In this document: positions 10,455-20,518 of the stretch, in pieces | Layout: each line of letters starts with the position of its first letter | How positions within the stretch are numbered: position 1 is the first letter of the stretch | Translations under genes and position numbers: made by a program | Notes under the pieces: generated by a model | The model's input: only the letters and a program-made list of their open reading frames with translations | Told to the model about the DNA's origin: nothing | The model's database searches: none | Origin: Candidatus Helarchaeota archaeon | GTDB taxonomy: Archaea > Asgardarchaeota > Lokiarchaeia > Helarchaeales > RDOG01 | Direction: 5' to 3' | DNA length: 64,000 nucleotides | NCBI GenBank assembly: GCA_019058315.1 | Contig: JAHPZH010000001.1 | Coordinates: 1,137,432-1,201,431, forward strand

Positions 10455-11312
10455 TTGAATAAACTCAAAAAGCTATATGATGAGGATTTTTTACAAGATT
10501 TTTTATTCAAGCTTGTAGGTGAGTTAAAAACCAAAGTAATAGCTGAAGATTTGAGCGAAAATATTACTTCTTACCTCGATAAATTCATTACAGTTAAAAA
10601 AATTACTAAAGTTCAACTTGATGCAATAAATTCTGTCTGTGATTCTTTATTAAAGAATCAAAAAGATAATATTACTTGTCTGAACTTAAAGGCAATTCTC
10701 AATTATTACTTTGAGGATATAGTTAATGCTTTGAGAAGTATTAATAATTCATTAAAAATTAAAAAAGAACAATTTATTGCAAATTATATTATGAGCAATA
10801 TATTGATTGAAAAAGAAAGCTATGGCCTAGCATTGAAATTTATTGACAAAGCTTTATCAATTAAACCTGAATGTCAAACTTGTTTTATCTTAAAGGGAAT
10901 AATTTTACATCATCAAGATAAATTTAATGATGCAATCTCTAATTTTGATAAAGTATTAAATGATTTTGGTCCAAATATTAGTGCAATGGCTCACAAAAGT
11001 CTAGATTTGCGTATTTTGAATAAAATCGATGAAGCTTTAGATTTGAGCGACTCTGTTTTATCTATTGATGAAGATAATTTATTTGCTTTAATTAATAAAG
11101 GTCTAATTTTAGCTAAAAAACAAGAATATGGAGAAGCTATAACTGTATTTAATAAATATGCCGAAAAACGAAGAGATATACGTATACTTACTCATTTAAA
11201 AAATTGTTATCAAAAAATGAATGATCCTAAAAAAGCATTTGAATTTGAAAAGGAAATAACCCAAATAGTTGAAAAGAAACGAAAAAAAACTGAAAAAAGT
11301 AAGAAAGAATAA
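10455..11312 (+). CDS. TPR repeat protein
   Basis: Repeated A..F.KAL...P and NKG..L helix-pair patterns. Confidence 0.8.
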   Translation: MNKLKKLYDEDFLQDFLFKLVGELKTKVIAEDLSENITSYLDKFITVKKITKVQLDAINSVCDSLLKNQKDNITCLNLKAILNYYFEDIVNALRSINNSLKIKKEQFIANYIMSNILIEKESYGLALKFIDKALSIKPECQTCFILKGIILHHQDKFNDAISNFDKVLNDFGPNISAMAHKSLDLRILNKIDEALDLSDSVLSIDEDNLFALINKGLILAKKQEYGEAITVFNKYAEKRRDIRILTHLKNCYQKMNDPKKAFEFEKEITQIVEKKRKKTEKSKKE

Positions 11313-11411
11313 AGTATTTGATAGAGCCAAAACAGAAATTTTAGTCAGAAAATTAAGAAAAAACGATTTAATTCAGTATTTAGGTGTTAAACTCTTCGAT
11401 AAGAATAAGAA

Positions 11412-13031
11412 GTGGAGGATTTTAATATGAATTTTATCGGAAACCTTTCTCGAATTAATGCTCGTAGAAATCCGGACAAAGAAGCGATTGTTGAGATTGA
11501 AACTAATCGACGTTTTACGTGGAAAGAATTCGAAGAGATAACTAACGGTTTTGCTAATTTCTTACTAGATTTTGGATTAAAAAAAGGAGATCGGGTGGCA
11601 CTTTATCTCAATAATTGTGTCGAAATAATCCTCTCCTATTTTTCATTGCCTAAAATTGGCGTGATCGTGACACCCTTAAATTTTCTGGCTGCACTGGAGG
11701 AATTAAAATATTGTATTAATGATAGTAAACCAAGAATTCTAATATATTCACCAGATTATGCAAAAAATGTAGAATTCTTGAAAAGTGAATGCCCATCGAT
11801 TGAACGGTATATACCAGTGAATGATTTTATTAAAATTGCAAAAAAATATCCTGGAACAAGACCAAAAACTAAACCAAAAATAAATATCAGGAAGAACGAC
11901 GTGGCGATTTTTCTTTATACTGGTGGAACGACTGGAAAACCAAAGGCTGTTCAATTGACTCATAATTCAATCATTAATACAGTTGGATATTTTATCTCAA
12001 CTTTATTTGATAATGTAACTCAACAATTTAAAGAACCAGAAATCGAGAATACAACAGATTCGAAGAAAATAATTAGTAAATTTGGAGATCTTGAGGCAGT
12101 AAAGCTATTATCTTCACTTCCAATATTCCATATCGCTGCAACCGGGTCAATATTACTTGCTATCATGTATAGCGCGACAATTGTCATTTTAAAAAAGTTT
12201 TCAGTCAAGAAATTCCTCTCTGCGATTGAAAGAGAGAAAGTTACAATAGCTACCGTAGTTCCAACGATATTACATCGGATTGTTAATCATCCGGATAAAG
12301 ATAAATACGATATTTCATCATTAAGACAAATCGGTTATGGTGCAGCACCAATTTCACCAAAAACGCTTAGAAAATCGTTGGAATTCTTCAAGAACGTTGA
12401 TTTTATTCAAATATTTGGACAAACAGAATCTACCGGAGTTATAACTGGATTGAGCCCCTTAGATCATAAATTAGCTTTAAAAAATCCAGAATTATTGAAA
12501 TCTGCTGGAAGGATTATAAAAGGGATAGAAGTGAAAATCGTTGATGATAATAATAATGAGCTGCCTGAAGGTGAAATTGGAGAAATTTGCATTCGTGGAA
12601 ATAATGTCATGAAAGGTTATTGGGAAAAGGATGGTTTAACCGAAAAGACAGTGGTCGATGGATGGTTATATTCTGGTGATTTGGGAAAATTTGTTGATGG
12701 TTATCTATATATTGTTGGTAGAAAAAAGGACATGGTAATAACTGGCGGTGAAAATGTTTATCCTAAGGAAGTTGAAAATGTGATAATCAGGTATCCAAAA
12801 GTAAATGAAGTTGCAGTTATTGGACTTCCGGATGAAGATTACGGCGAAATAGTCGTTGCTTGCATAGTTCCTAAAGAGGGACAAGATCTGACTGAACAAG
12901 AAATCATCGAATTTACTGGTCAACATCTAGCAGGGTTTAAAAAACCAAAAAGGGTATTTTTTACGAAAAATTTGCCCAAATCTGCTCAAGGAAAAATATT
13001 AAAACGGGTTCTTCGTGAAAAATATCAATAA
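11412..13031 (+). CDS. Long-chain acyl-CoA synthetase (AMP-binding)
   Basis: YTGGTTGKPK, FGQTE, SGDLG, GGENVYP and PKSAQGK motifs. Confidence 0.92.
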   Translation: MEDFNMNFIGNLSRINARRNPDKEAIVEIETNRRFTWKEFEEITNGFANFLLDFGLKKGDRVALYLNNCVEIILSYFSLPKIGVIVTPLNFLAALEELKYCINDSKPRILIYSPDYAKNVEFLKSECPSIERYIPVNDFIKIAKKYPGTRPKTKPKINIRKNDVAIFLYTGGTTGKPKAVQLTHNSIINTVGYFISTLFDNVTQQFKEPEIENTTDSKKIISKFGDLEAVKLLSSLPIFHIAATGSILLAIMYSATIVILKKFSVKKFLSAIEREKVTIATVVPTILHRIVNHPDKDKYDISSLRQIGYGAAPISPKTLRKSLEFFKNVDFIQIFGQTESTGVITGLSPLDHKLALKNPELLKSAGRIIKGIEVKIVDDNNNELPEGEIGEICIRGNNVMKGYWEKDGLTEKTVVDGWLYSGDLGKFVDGYLYIVGRKKDMVITGGENVYPKEVENVIIRYPKVNEVAVIGLPDEDYGEIVVACIVPKEGQDLTEQEIIEFTGQHLAGFKKPKRVFFTKNLPKSAQGKILKRVLREKYQ

Positions 13032-13071
13032 AATTTATTCAATAATTGATAATAGATTTTATTCTTTAAAT

Positions 13072-13389
13072 TTACTTATTTTTAGATTTTTTCTCCTTTA
13101 ACATATCTTCCTCAAACATTTTATGGATATCTTCTAGAATTTCCTCCTCTTTCTCACCAATTGGCTTATTTGTCATTAAGATTTCAAGTTTTCCGACCCA
13201 ACCACAGTTCTTACATTCATATTTTGCTACTTGGCTACAATGTCCAATCACATCAAGTTGGAAGGGAGTCCATGTAACATTAGGGCTTTTACATCTAGGA
13301 CAAATTCTAATCTCAACATACTTTCCCTCTTCAGCCAGATCATTTAGAATTTTATCTAATTTTTTTATATTTAGTTCGGATGGGTCCAT
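13072..13389 (-). CDS. Small zinc-ribbon protein
   Basis: CPRC...CKNCG pair. Confidence 0.7.
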   Translation of the reverse strand: MDPSELNIKKLDKILNDLAEEGKYVEIRICPRCKSPNVTWTPFQLDVIGHCSQVAKYECKNCGWVGKLEILMTNKPIGEKEEEILEDIHKMFEEDMLKEKKSKNK

Positions 13390-13502
13390 TTATTATCACA
13401 ATTTTTTTAAAAATTTGAGTCTACTAATATTACATTTATTTTAAAATTCATAAATAGTTAATTGTATTCGATTTTACTTTGAGATCTAAATTTGTGATCT
13501 AA

Positions 13503-13778
13503 ATGAATAAAGATATTTTATTATTACATCCGAAAGACAATGTCATTACAGTATTAAAAGAAATACCAGAAGGTTCTGAAGTCGAGTTTGAAAGAGAGGG
13601 TAGAAAATTTATTATAAAAGCAAATAAAAAAATACCTATTTATCATAAGATTGCTATTCAAGATTTAAACATCGGAGAATCCGTATATAAATATGGAGAA
13701 GTAATTGGGATTGTAAAAAAGGAAATTAAAAAAGGTGATCATGTACACCGGAGAAATTTAAAAAGTACTTTTGCATAA
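13503..13778 (+). CDS. UxaA-family dehydratase small (SAF domain) subunit
   Basis: HPKDNV, HKIAI, KYGEVIG and GDHVH motifs; adjacent to the large subunit. Confidence 0.88.
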   Translation: MNKDILLLHPKDNVITVLKEIPEGSEVEFEREGRKFIIKANKKIPIYHKIAIQDLNIGESVYKYGEVIGIVKKEIKKGDHVHRRNLKSTFA

Positions 13779-14994
13779 TTTACGCGAGGCGGTTTTAATG
13801 GAATTTAAAGGATTTGAACGAGAAAATGGCTTGGTTGGAGTTAGAAATTATGTTATAGTTCTTCCAACAGTTGTATGTAGCAATCAAGTTGCGATTAATA
13901 TAGAACGAAAAGTTGATGGTGTAATTGCACTTCCACATCAATTTGGTTGTGGACATATCGATAATGATTACCAACATTTCTTACGGAGCTTATCAGGATT
14001 AGGCAAAAATCCTAATGTTCATAGCGTTTTAATAGTCGGTCTTGGTTGCGAATCAATCTCAGCTGAAGCATTAACAAAAGAAATTGAAAATACCAATAAA
14101 AGAGTCGAATATTTGAATATCCAAGACCAAGGAACTATTAAAACTACCGAACAAGGTATCAAAATCGTTAAGGAGATGTTAATTGAGAGTCAAAAAGAAA
14201 AACGAAGATCGTTTGACTTATCTAATTTGATACTTGGAACTGAATGTGGTGGATCTGATCCTACGTCTGGTATTGCTGCAAACCCTGCTGTAGGAATTGT
14301 GGCTGATATGATAGTAGAAGCAGGTGGAACAGTAATTTTGCCAGAATTTATCGAATGGATAGGTACAGAACACATTTTAGCAAAACGTGCAATAAATGAA
14401 GAAGTTTCAAAGAAGATCATAGAACCAATTAAAATGTTCTTAAATACAGCGAAAGAAATGGGTGTTGATTTCAAAAAAATTTCTTTAATGGCTCCCGGTA
14501 ATATTAAAGGAGGATTATCCACCATAGAAGAAAAATCGTTAGGAACAATCTGTAAAGGTGGCAAATCTCCAATTCAAGATGTTTTAAAATATGCCGAACC
14601 ACCCCCTAGAAAAGGACTTTATCTAATGTTTGAACCGGGTCTAGATGTAGAAAGTATGACTGGTATGGCGGCTGCAGGCGCACAAATTATTGTGTTTACA
14701 ACAGGTAGAGGTAGTCCTACAGGAAATCCGGTGTGTCCAGTTATTCGAGTTACCGGAAATCCTCAAACATATGAACGAATGAAAGATAATATTGATATAG
14801 ATGCAAGTACAATTATCTCAAGAGGAGAAACCATAGAAACAGTTGGAAAAAAAATATTTAACGAAATAATAGAGGTTGCAAACGGTAAAATTACAATAGC
14901 TGAAAAATTAGGACACCATGAACTTGCATTCTTTCGACCACCATTAACAGGATTTATGTCTGGTGGTCAACAACAAATATCTCAATTCTTTTAA
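13771..14994 (+). CDS. UxaA/GarD-family dehydratase large subunit (true start probably ATG 13798)
   Basis: GVRNY, GLGCE, ECGGSD, PGNIKGGLSTIEEKSLG and FTTGRG motifs. Confidence 0.9.
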   Translation: MHNLREAVLMEFKGFERENGLVGVRNYVIVLPTVVCSNQVAINIERKVDGVIALPHQFGCGHIDNDYQHFLRSLSGLGKNPNVHSVLIVGLGCESISAEALTKEIENTNKRVEYLNIQDQGTIKTTEQGIKIVKEMLIESQKEKRRSFDLSNLILGTECGGSDPTSGIAANPAVGIVADMIVEAGGTVILPEFIEWIGTEHILAKRAINEEVSKKIIEPIKMFLNTAKEMGVDFKKISLMAPGNIKGGLSTIEEKSLGTICKGGKSPIQDVLKYAEPPPRKGLYLMFEPGLDVESMTGMAAAGAQIIVFTTGRGSPTGNPVCPVIRVTGNPQTYERMKDNIDIDASTIISRGETIETVGKKIFNEIIEVANGKITIAEKLGHHELAFFRPPLTGFMSGGQQQISQFF

Positions 14995-15005
14995 GATTGT
15001 TTTAA

Positions 15006-16598
15006 TTGACCCAAACAACTTTTTTAGAATTAGCAAAAGTTTGTGAAAAGTTAACAAAAACAACTAAAACACTGGATAAAACCAATATTGTAAGTAATTT
15101 CTTGAATAAACTAGATAAAAATGAAATATCTCCAGCTATTTTTTTAATTATTGGACAAATTTTTTCAGAAACTGATCCTCGTACTCTCGATATTAATTGG
15201 AAAAGTTTGGAACCTGTATTAAAATCATTAAAACAAAAGACCTTATTTCAAGAAAAATTAACAATAACATCAGTCTATAAAATTTTTTCAAAAATTGCTC
15301 TAATTTCAGGTAAGGGGTCTCAACAAAAGAAAAAAGATATTTTGATTTCACTATTTAGTCAAGCTTCATCTTTAGAGAGAAAGTTCTTAATAAGAAATAT
15401 ATTCGGAGAAATGAGACACGGTGTTAAAGAAGGAGTAATGATTAAAGCTATTAGCGAAGCAAGTGGCATAGATTATTCAATAATAAAAAGAGCTTATATG
15501 ATAAATGGTAATATTGGTGAAATTGGAAAAATTGCCATTGGAGATGGAGAAGAAAATATTAAAAAAATATCAATTAGACTATTTCAACCAATAAAACCAA
15601 TGCTTGGAGAAATTACAGAAGATTTAAATGATGCATTTAATAAACACGGCAAAAAAATAGCTTTAGAATACAAATATGATGGTGTTAGAGTTCAAATCCA
15701 TAAATCTGGAAATGTTGTTAAAATTTTTTCTAGGCAATTGAAAGATATTACATCAAATTTTCCTGAACTTGTTAAAAAACTGATGGATAATATTAAAGAT
15801 GACAGCTTAATAATTGAGGGAGAACTAATTGCAATAGATTTTAATGGTCGACCACTTCCATTTCAAGACTTAATGCATCGTTTTAAAAGAATTTATGACA
15901 TTGAAAAGGTAAAAGAGAGTATACCTGTAAAATTACTATTATTTGATGTAATACTTCATAAAGGAGAATCTCTTTTAAACATATCTTACCAAAAACGTTG
16001 GGAAAAATTGGTTAAAATTGCAGAAAATTTAGATTTAGCAAAGAGAATTATTACAGAAAATATTGCTGAAGCAAATAATTTTTATAAAAATGCAATCAGT
16101 GAAGGTCATGAAGGAGTAATGATAAAATCTCTTACAAGTTCTTATCATCCTGGGGAAAGAAAAAACGATTGGCTAAAATTAAAATCAGAGATTCGGTTAG
16201 ATTTGGTTATCTTAGCTGCCGACTGGGGATCAGGAAGGAGACATAAATGGTTATCTAATTATCATCTAGCCGTTATTGACGAAAATGAAGAATTTCAAGT
16301 TATTGGAAAGACATTTAAGGGTTTTAAGGATGTAGAATTTGAAAATATTACCAAAGAATTATTGAAAATAAAAATCAATGAAAATAAATTCACAGTTTTT
16401 GTAGAACCTAAAATTGTTGTTGAAGTAGCATTTAACGAAATCCAAAAAAGTCCGCAATATAAATCGGGTTATGCTCTAAGGTTTGCTAGAATCAAAAGAA
16501 TTCGGAATGATAAGAGTCCTTATGATGCTACTAATATTAATGAAATTAAATTCATTTATAAAAAACAATTTGAAAAAAAGGGAAAATTAGAAATTTAA
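15006..16598 (+). CDS. lig: ATP-dependent DNA ligase
   Basis: EYKYDG adenylation motif, EGE, FDV, EGVMIK, WLKLK and LRFAR..RIR.DK. Confidence 0.95.
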   Translation: MTQTTFLELAKVCEKLTKTTKTLDKTNIVSNFLNKLDKNEISPAIFLIIGQIFSETDPRTLDINWKSLEPVLKSLKQKTLFQEKLTITSVYKIFSKIALISGKGSQQKKKDILISLFSQASSLERKFLIRNIFGEMRHGVKEGVMIKAISEASGIDYSIIKRAYMINGNIGEIGKIAIGDGEENIKKISIRLFQPIKPMLGEITEDLNDAFNKHGKKIALEYKYDGVRVQIHKSGNVVKIFSRQLKDITSNFPELVKKLMDNIKDDSLIIEGELIAIDFNGRPLPFQDLMHRFKRIYDIEKVKESIPVKLLLFDVILHKGESLLNISYQKRWEKLVKIAENLDLAKRIITENIAEANNFYKNAISEGHEGVMIKSLTSSYHPGERKNDWLKLKSEIRLDLVILAADWGSGRRHKWLSNYHLAVIDENEEFQVIGKTFKGFKDVEFENITKELLKIKINENKFTVFVEPKIVVEVAFNEIQKSPQYKSGYALRFARIKRIRNDKSPYDATNINEIKFIYKKQFEKKGKLEI

Positions 16599-16631
16599 AA
16601 TATATCAAAAAATAAATCTAAAATAGTAATT

Positions 16632-17294
16632 TTATTGTCGTACATTAATAACTTTTATAAATTCTGCCGTTTCCTCTGCATTATCAGTTATATTTTCAAA
16701 AACATTTATCATTTCGTATATTGTGCATGCAACAAAGGGAGAAAATGTTTGTTCTAATGTTAATAATTTTTTCTTGATTTGCATATTGATCTGGTCAACT
16801 TCATGTTCTAATCTATTAATTCTTGCAATACTTTCAAATATTTTTGGTGAGGAGCCACCAAGCTGCTTACCGATGGTCTGATCTAATATCTTTACGCATT
16901 CTAGAGTTGTTTCGCTCATTTCTTTTAATTCTTTACAAATAGGAGTTATAACATCTGATGTTAAAATGCTGAGACGACGTGCAGAAGCATTAGTATTATT
17001 TGCTACACTATCTAATCTCTTAATTAGATGTGCAAGGTCTTCTCTAATACCAGGAGTTAATTCGCCTTTTGTCAAATCAAGCATAACTGTTCTTCGAATT
17101 TCATCAGCTTCGTTTTCTAAATCATTAATTTTTTTAACTAATTTCGGAACTTCTTCAGTTTCACCCTTACAAATTAGCTTTACGACATTATTTAATTCAA
17201 AAGCACAATCGTAGACTTTTTTTGAGTGTAATTGTGTTCCTTTAATTATTTTGGCTTCTCTTCTAGTTCGAAACCAGTCAAGTAATGTTCCCAT
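16632..17294 (-). CDS. DUF47/PhoU-like phosphate transport regulator
   Basis: Twice-repeated LEN/HE.D motif (LENEAD, LEHEVD), REDL and ENITD. Confidence 0.85.
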   Translation of the reverse strand: MGTLLDWFRTRREAKIIKGTQLHSKKVYDCAFELNNVVKLICKGETEEVPKLVKKINDLENEADEIRRTVMLDLTKGELTPGIREDLAHLIKRLDSVANNTNASARRLSILTSDVITPICKELKEMSETTLECVKILDQTIGKQLGGSSPKIFESIARINRLEHEVDQINMQIKKKLLTLEQTFSPFVACTIYEMINVFENITDNAEETAEFIKVINVRQ

Positions 17295-17542
17295 TTAATC
17301 ACTTTTAGAATTTATAAAAGAAATGTTAAATAATTTATGATTTTAATTTCTATCAAATGTTTTAATTTACTACCTTAAGTACCATAAAAATTTTTTTATT
17401 TAATTAAAGCTTCATTTTGAAATACAATAATAAACCATGGAATAATTCTGTTATTTTAATAGAAAATATATAATTTTAATTATTAAAATTTACCAAGATG
17501 AATTTAATGAAATTTTTTTGATTTAACTATTAATAAAATCAA

Positions 17543-19231
17543 GTGGAGAGAAATGAGTCAATCATTTTATCCATAGGAGAAATTATATTGAAGAAAAAGT
17601 CAGTTTTATTATTCTCTTTGATTTTAATATTTGGTTTACTTATTTCTCTACAAAATATTCATTCATCAATAAATGAACAAATCATTTTGAAAATTAATCA
17701 TAATATTTCTATTCAATTATTTACAAAAGCATGGGAAAAAAATGGTAATCCTGTTTGTATTGACCCATTTAAACAAAGTTCAGTTCATATGATTACTATT
17801 GAAAATGGTTCTGCTTTTCTAATATGGAAAGATATGAGAAATGATGAGGGCGATATATATGGTCAAATTATCGATTCAAATGGATCTGCACAATGGCAAA
17901 CAAATGGTAGAATTCTTGTTAATGAAACAGGGGTACAAAATTCACAAGGCTTAATATATTCGGGTCTAAATTGCGCAATTTTCGTTTGGGAAGATAATAG
18001 ATCTTCAAATCGCGATATTTACGCCCAAAAAATTAATTTAACTACAGGAAATCCAATTTGGAACACCAATGGAACCATAATTTGTAATGAAATCAACGAT
18101 CAAATTGAACCTGATTTGGTAAGCGATGGTAATGGAGGTGCAATAATTACTTGGATTGATAATAGAGATAACAGTTCAACTTTGTTTGTTCAAAGAATTA
18201 ATTCTACCGGCTCAATCAAATGGACTCCCAATGGAACTTTAATCTGTAATAAAACGAACACAAATATTAATTCCCCTCAGATATCAATCGATGGCTTAAA
18301 TGGATCAATTATAGCTTGGTATGATAACAGAACGGGTAATAGTAGTATATATTGTCAAAAAATAAATTCATCTGGTTCCACTGAATGGACAGATAATGGA
18401 ACTATAATCTTAAATTTAAATAATTTAACCATTTTTAATCTACAAATATGCACCGATGGCTTAAATGGTTCAATTGTGGCGTGGTGTGATAATCGAACTG
18501 GATTAGATAGAATCTATGCTCAACGTATAAATGGAAGTGGTATTTCTCGATGGATCGTAAATGGAACTCCAGTTTGTAATTTGACTAATGGAGAACAAAG
18601 AGAACTCGAAATACATGAAGATGGACAAGAAGGTGTAATTTTAGTCTGGAAAGATTTTAGAGCGGGTGCAGGAAATAGTGATCTGTATTCCCAAAAATTA
18701 AATTCTACAGGTGGTAAAGAGTGGGATACTAATGGAACTGCAATATGTAAAGCTCCAAATCATCAATATAGTGCTCAATTAATTAGTGATAATGAGGGGG
18801 GAGCAGTTATAACATGGTTGGATAATAGAAAAGCTAATTATAGAAGAATTTACGTACAGAGAGTTTATCAAAATAAAGACATAAATTGGACTGAAAATGG
18901 TGTTTTAATATGTGAACAACCTAAAACATCGTTAGCCTTTCCTATAATAACATTGGAAGAAAATGTTGGTGCTTATATCTCTTGGTTAGATGATCGTATA
19001 GATGTTAATTTCGATATTTATATTCAAAAAATATTTTTGAATGGAAGTTTGCTATATTCTGAAAAAGATCAAACTCAGACTTTACCTATTATACCTAAAC
19101 TAATAGAACCATTTTATCAGCAAACGTGGTTTTATGTATTATTAATAATTCTATTGATAGATATATTATTAATTTATTATTATTTTCGAAGACAAGAAGA
19201 AGAGGAGAAAGTTTTTGAAAGAAAGGTATAA
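17543..19231 (+). CDS. Membrane-anchored extracellular repeat protein, probably a beta-propeller glycoprotein
   Basis: N-terminal hydrophobic segment, eight ~55-60 aa repeats (hhhW.DxR...hhxQ.h...G...W..NG..hC), many NxS/T sequons and a C-terminal TM helix. Confidence 0.75.
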   Translation: MERNESIILSIGEIILKKKSVLLFSLILIFGLLISLQNIHSSINEQIILKINHNISIQLFTKAWEKNGNPVCIDPFKQSSVHMITIENGSAFLIWKDMRNDEGDIYGQIIDSNGSAQWQTNGRILVNETGVQNSQGLIYSGLNCAIFVWEDNRSSNRDIYAQKINLTTGNPIWNTNGTIICNEINDQIEPDLVSDGNGGAIITWIDNRDNSSTLFVQRINSTGSIKWTPNGTLICNKTNTNINSPQISIDGLNGSIIAWYDNRTGNSSIYCQKINSSGSTEWTDNGTIILNLNNLTIFNLQICTDGLNGSIVAWCDNRTGLDRIYAQRINGSGISRWIVNGTPVCNLTNGEQRELEIHEDGQEGVILVWKDFRAGAGNSDLYSQKLNSTGGKEWDTNGTAICKAPNHQYSAQLISDNEGGAVITWLDNRKANYRRIYVQRVYQNKDINWTENGVLICEQPKTSLAFPIITLEENVGAYISWLDDRIDVNFDIYIQKIFLNGSLLYSEKDQTQTLPIIPKLIEPFYQQTWFYVLLIILLIDILLIYYYFRRQEEEEKVFERKV

Positions 19232-19379
19232 ATCGCTAATATATTTGATCATTATAACTGCTATAGGCTTGGTTCTAGGGGTCTTATTTGGATTTATCAC
19301 CGGTATTGCATCTTCTGCACTTGGAATTGTTGAATTTGAAGAAAGGGATAATAAAAATGAGGTTAAATTATGGAATTAA
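19215..19379 (+). CDS. Small single-pass membrane protein (54 aa, not in the ORF track)
   Basis: GAGGAG at 19202-19207, TTG at 19215 and TAA ending 19379 give MKERYKSLIYLIIITAIGLVLGVLFGFITGIASSALGIVEFEERDNKNEVKLWN. It overlaps both neighbours. Confidence 0.65.
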   Translation: MKERYKSLIYLIIITAIGLVLGVLFGFITGIASSALGIVEFEERDNKNEVKLWN

Positions 19380-20512
19380 TTAAGATAAAGAGAAAACCCA
19401 GACGATCCAATCTTCTTCTTATTTTTTTATTTATACTAAATTTTTCATGTGGTGCGTATATAGGAATTGAAATGGGGGGAAAACAAGAAACCACTTATCT
19501 TACAGTAAACTTATCAATGGTCTATTCATCCGAGAAAAAATCTTGGATTAATAGTATTATAGATGAATTTTTCTTTCATATGTTAACCAAATTTGGAATA
19601 ATAGTAAAAATGGACTTTCAACCTATGGGTTCACGTTCTATGGTAATTTCAACAATTACTGGAGAGATAAAACCAACGATATTCAGCCCTGCATCTAGTA
19701 TATGGCTAAATTATACTAATATCAAATTAGCAAGTATGGGAAAACGACCTCTAATTTTTCCTGATGCTGTTCAAACGACGATATATTCTCCCATTGTTAT
19801 TGGAACTTGGAACTTATTTAATTTAAATCAAACTTGGAATATAACTGGGTTTAAATCTCTTCAAAAGATTCCAATCCTTAGATGGAGTCATACAGATCCA
19901 CAACTTTCAAATAGTGGCACAATGTCAGTTTTAATGGAAGTTGCCGCTTTTTTAGGTAAAAATGTAACGGATGTTGAATTTGGGGATCTTTTTGATCCCG
20001 AAATGCGTGCAAATATGGCATGGGCTGAATCCAGAATTCCATATTATGGTGCTAGTACAGGATTTTTAGCGAAAAAAGCTCTAGATGGAACATTAGATGT
20101 ATTTATGGTTTATGAAAATTTAATAATTGATATGAATAAAAAAGATTTAGCAATCGCACGAGGGGGTGCAATGGCAGTATATCCTGAAGAGGGTACATTA
20201 TTAGCTGATCATCCTTTTTGTATATTAGCAGGTGATTGGGTAGATCCATTGGAAGCTTTTGTAGCCAAACAATTCTTGAATTTCATAAAAGAACCCGAAA
20301 TTGTCGCCGAAGCTATTAAAAAAGGTTTTCGGCCAATAGATAACTCAATTCTTTATGAACAAAAATTCTCAGAAATCTTTAATAAAACATTCAATGAGGA
20401 CCTGGCTGGTGTGAAAAAAGTAATTCCATGTAATATATTTGACCCGAATGTAAAATTTGAGATATTAGAAGAAATTCCTGAATTATGGACAGTAGTACGC
20501 GCTGGAGGATAA
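19370..20512 (+). CDS. ABC transporter substrate-binding protein
   Basis: N-terminal TM anchor; YSSEK, SPASS, DPQLSNSG, VYENL and YPEEGT..DHP motifs; lies upstream of a permease. Confidence 0.8.
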   Translation: MELIKIKRKPRRSNLLLIFLFILNFSCGAYIGIEMGGKQETTYLTVNLSMVYSSEKKSWINSIIDEFFFHMLTKFGIIVKMDFQPMGSRSMVISTITGEIKPTIFSPASSIWLNYTNIKLASMGKRPLIFPDAVQTTIYSPIVIGTWNLFNLNQTWNITGFKSLQKIPILRWSHTDPQLSNSGTMSVLMEVAAFLGKNVTDVEFGDLFDPEMRANMAWAESRIPYYGASTGFLAKKALDGTLDVFMVYENLIIDMNKKDLAIARGGAMAVYPEEGTLLADHPFCILAGDWVDPLEAFVAKQFLNFIKEPEIVAEAIKKGFRPIDNSILYEQKFSEIFNKTFNEDLAGVKKVIPCNIFDPNVKFEILEEIPELWTVVRAGG

Positions 20513-20518
20513 ACTCAT

